64,000 nucleotides of DNA from Antedon mediterranea (lineage: Eukaryota > Animalia > Echinodermata): positions 7,936,001 through 8,000,000 of the forward strand of contig NC_092672.1 of the NCBI RefSeq assembly GCF_964355755.1, written 5' to 3'. How positions within the stretch are numbered: position 1 is the first letter of the stretch; the number at the start of each line of letters is the position of its first letter. The notes below the pieces were generated by a model that saw only the letters and a program-made list of their open reading frames with translations, had not been told where the DNA came from and made no database searches. Positions 61,101 through 64,000 of the stretch are shown one piece after another. Both the position numbers and the translations under genes were made by a program.

Positions 61101-64000
61101 GAACCGATATGGTTGGAACTATCTTAACATTTCAATGATAGAAACAATAAGAATTCGATTTTATTTCAACATTTGGTCTTTTTTTTTTAAATCTTTTGAA
61201 TTAAGCTATATTATACAATTTCTCCAAGAAAAATTTAATGAACACAATTTTTTTAATTAATTTTTTTTTTAAATTTTGTATTTAAAAAATTAACACAGAT
61301 TTAAATGTATAACTATCATTAATTTCATAAATGTAGATCTCTGTACTCACATAAATTTATTTGTTGCTTGTCAAAATCTAACAATAATTGTTTAAGTATC
61401 AGTTCTTTGAATTTAAGTAGAGAAGGCAATTAACCAAGTTCAGTGCTCTTCAATGTAATTTAATCCACTCCACAAGGTTCCAACAATTAAAAGAAACAGC
61501 CAGGATGGTGTTGTCACAGCCAAGTCACTGGACCAAATGAAGACACAGGCCACTGGTCTGTCTTAAAATGGGCGATAAAGTGTTAGCCAATGTGGACTAG
61601 TGTAGGCTAAGATTTCTTTTGTTATCATTAACCAATTATCACCTGGAGTTGATAGCTAATTATCAATGCAAAGATGAGCAAACATACTAAAGAGCAAGGC
61701 TATTAGGAACAGTTGATGTTTGGACTTAAACATTAAGCTGTCCACACTTAAATCAGTATTCAAATACAACAGTCAAAATAAGACATAGGTGATAAGATAT
61801 GGCCCCACTTATTTAAGCTTATAGAAAAGGGTAGAGGAAATAGATATAAATTAGCAGGGTGATAAGATAAGTGGTATTATGTTTGTTTGTAGTTTGATTA
61901 GTGCTTAGAAAATCATTTTTAAACAAAAGTTTTTTTGGATGTTAATTGGAACTGTAAACAGACTTTCAGAAGTATTAAAATGGGTAAGCTCCCTTGAATA
62001 AATGCTAATAAATAAAGCTTTTCAATAAAAGTGTGAAATGGTAAAGAGAAAACAAACTACACCTGTAAATAAGCATAGGAAAATATAAGACTATTTAGAG
62101 CGATGGCAGAGACAGTCACTAGATTGACAGGGTATTAAGCCCACAAATCGCATAGGCTTAGAAACGAGTTAAAATAGACAACATCTATCAAAATTGCAGA
62201 ATATCAACAGGACAGGTAAAGATACTGCATTAACCGATTAAACTATACAAAACAACATATTGTTCAGTTTCCAATCGTTATCAATTTAGTTATGTTCTTA
62301 TATATTTGTGTATTGTCAAAAACAATGAAATACTATCATTATCTATAGCAACTCATTTATTATTAGTGTTTATATTATCAAACATTTACTAAAATAAAAT
62401 TTAAGAAAAAAATTTGAAATAACTGATAAATGTTAAAAATCAAACAGTATATGTTATATCTAGTCTAGTAGTCTATAATAAAGTATTAAACTATTTAGTT
62501 ATTCTTATTCAATGAATAATTGGAAGTTGCTAATTAAGATTTCCACTAATTCCACTCAACGCTTATTCTCTATTCAGAAGTCTTCCTATTATTAGGTGGA
62601 CACTTTGTTGGGTCCCAAATGTCTCATTTGTAAGGTTTCTCTGCAGATTAAAAGATGAACACTAATCAAATAAAAGTTAAGTTTAAAAAAAAATAGTTTT
62701 CAGGAAAGCACTGAGACAGTATAGAATAGATGCTAGGAAATACAAAACAGCAGTAATAAATTGTAGACTCGTATTAATTACTAAAATAACATATCTAGAA
62801 ATATTCAGATTTGGTTGTAAAATCTTTATATTTGGTAATAACTTTTATCCAAATATCAAATGCCTTTTATTAACCCTTTTGTGGTGTATTGGTCGTGTGG
62901 CACAGACGTACGTAAAATTGAAGGGCATTTTATTAGATAAATAATAAACGTATTATGCGTATTGCTTTAGTAATTTACAAGTATTTTAAAAGCAATCACA
63001 AAGAATAGATCATAGCTATGCTTTTGTCAGTTTAATATTTAATTCTCATGAGTATAGAAATCACAAATGACACTAAATATGATGTCGTTTTTAACTACCC
63101 AATTCAACAATATTTAATATCTTTAATTGACATTTAATTTGTTTTAAATATCCTTTGGATTATTACAAAATAAACACTTGTATAATATCAGTGATTCTAT
63201 GATAATGGTAGTAATTAATATTGAATTAAACTTATATTGTAATTCTTAAAGATATCTTTTGCATTTAATAAAAATAACAATCATTGAAAATTATGATATT
63301 ATTACAATAAGTCAAAAAATGGAATAAATATTAAAATGTTAATAACTTTAGAGTACTTACAAAGGACAATGTATAGATGTTTGAAATGTATTGATAAATA
63401 CTCGGTTATATAATTTCCAATTAAAAACACCATAAAGAAATTTGCAAACAAAATAATTTCTTGTTTATCTTCAATAAAAGTGAAAAGAAAAAGCAGCAAA
63501 ATGCAACAATAAACGAAGATATTAAAAAGGAACATTTGCAGACAATCATAAGAAAGTAAGTGTATTGTCAAATTCATTTTTGTATTGATTTCTTTTAATC
63601 TATTTTAAATGAAAATATTATTACTGTACCGCATTTCAAAATGATGAAATAATGAACAAAATGTATTAATACCAGAAGATACACATAATATTTCAGATAA
63701 AACGAAGATTTAAACTTTAAATAAAAATAATTCTCTTTATTATTTATTTTATCTTTCTCTTTACTTTGAGTTACCTCTGATAGACCATGAAATATAAAAA
63801 AATAGATATTTTATATTCAATCTAACATTGGACAAAATGAATTATATATTGAATCAATTTGTAGAAGCAGATCGTACAGTGTGTAATGTTATGTTTAAAA
63901 AATTGAGATTATTCTACCTCCATCCTCTCGGTTCCGGAGATGGGTCTTCATAGCTTTGTATCAAATATAACTTTATTTTCCACTTTGCCAGTGACTAAAT

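Noticed and set aside
63910-63960. Possible upstream PR-domain exon end (minus-strand GAG|GTAG)
   Set aside because: The required phase-0 frame contains a stop and has no FGP/WE-type PR motif. The true exon is probably beyond the window.

Overview
AT-rich, intron-containing animal genomic DNA. It is probably a marine invertebrate deuterostome such as an echinoderm; this is inferred from the gene and repeat content and is not proven. Positions 0.6-29.3 kb (+) hold a tandem array of four six-exon genes for secreted ~365-aa proteins with the architecture signal peptide / F-type (fucose) lectin / non-canonical C-type lectin domain / PAN-apple domain. Three copies are intact, one is a pseudogene, and a remnant of a fifth copy survives. 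Positions 35.1-40.1 kb (-) encode an orphan-looking 1559-aa protein with four N-terminal C2H2 fingers. It lies head-to-head with MRPL20 (43.2-46.4 kb, +), which has one GC-AG intron. Positions 50.3-55.1 kb (-) hold the 3' part of the PRDM3/16 (MECOM/EVI1/hamlet) orthologue; its N-terminal PR exons lie outside the window. Introns and spacers contain many MITEs, a decayed Academ-like transposon, a Penelope-like remnant with a minimal hammerhead ribozyme, a tRNA-derived SINE and two minisatellites. All exon boundaries were read by eye and may be off by a few bases. Family assignments come from remembered motifs, not database searches.
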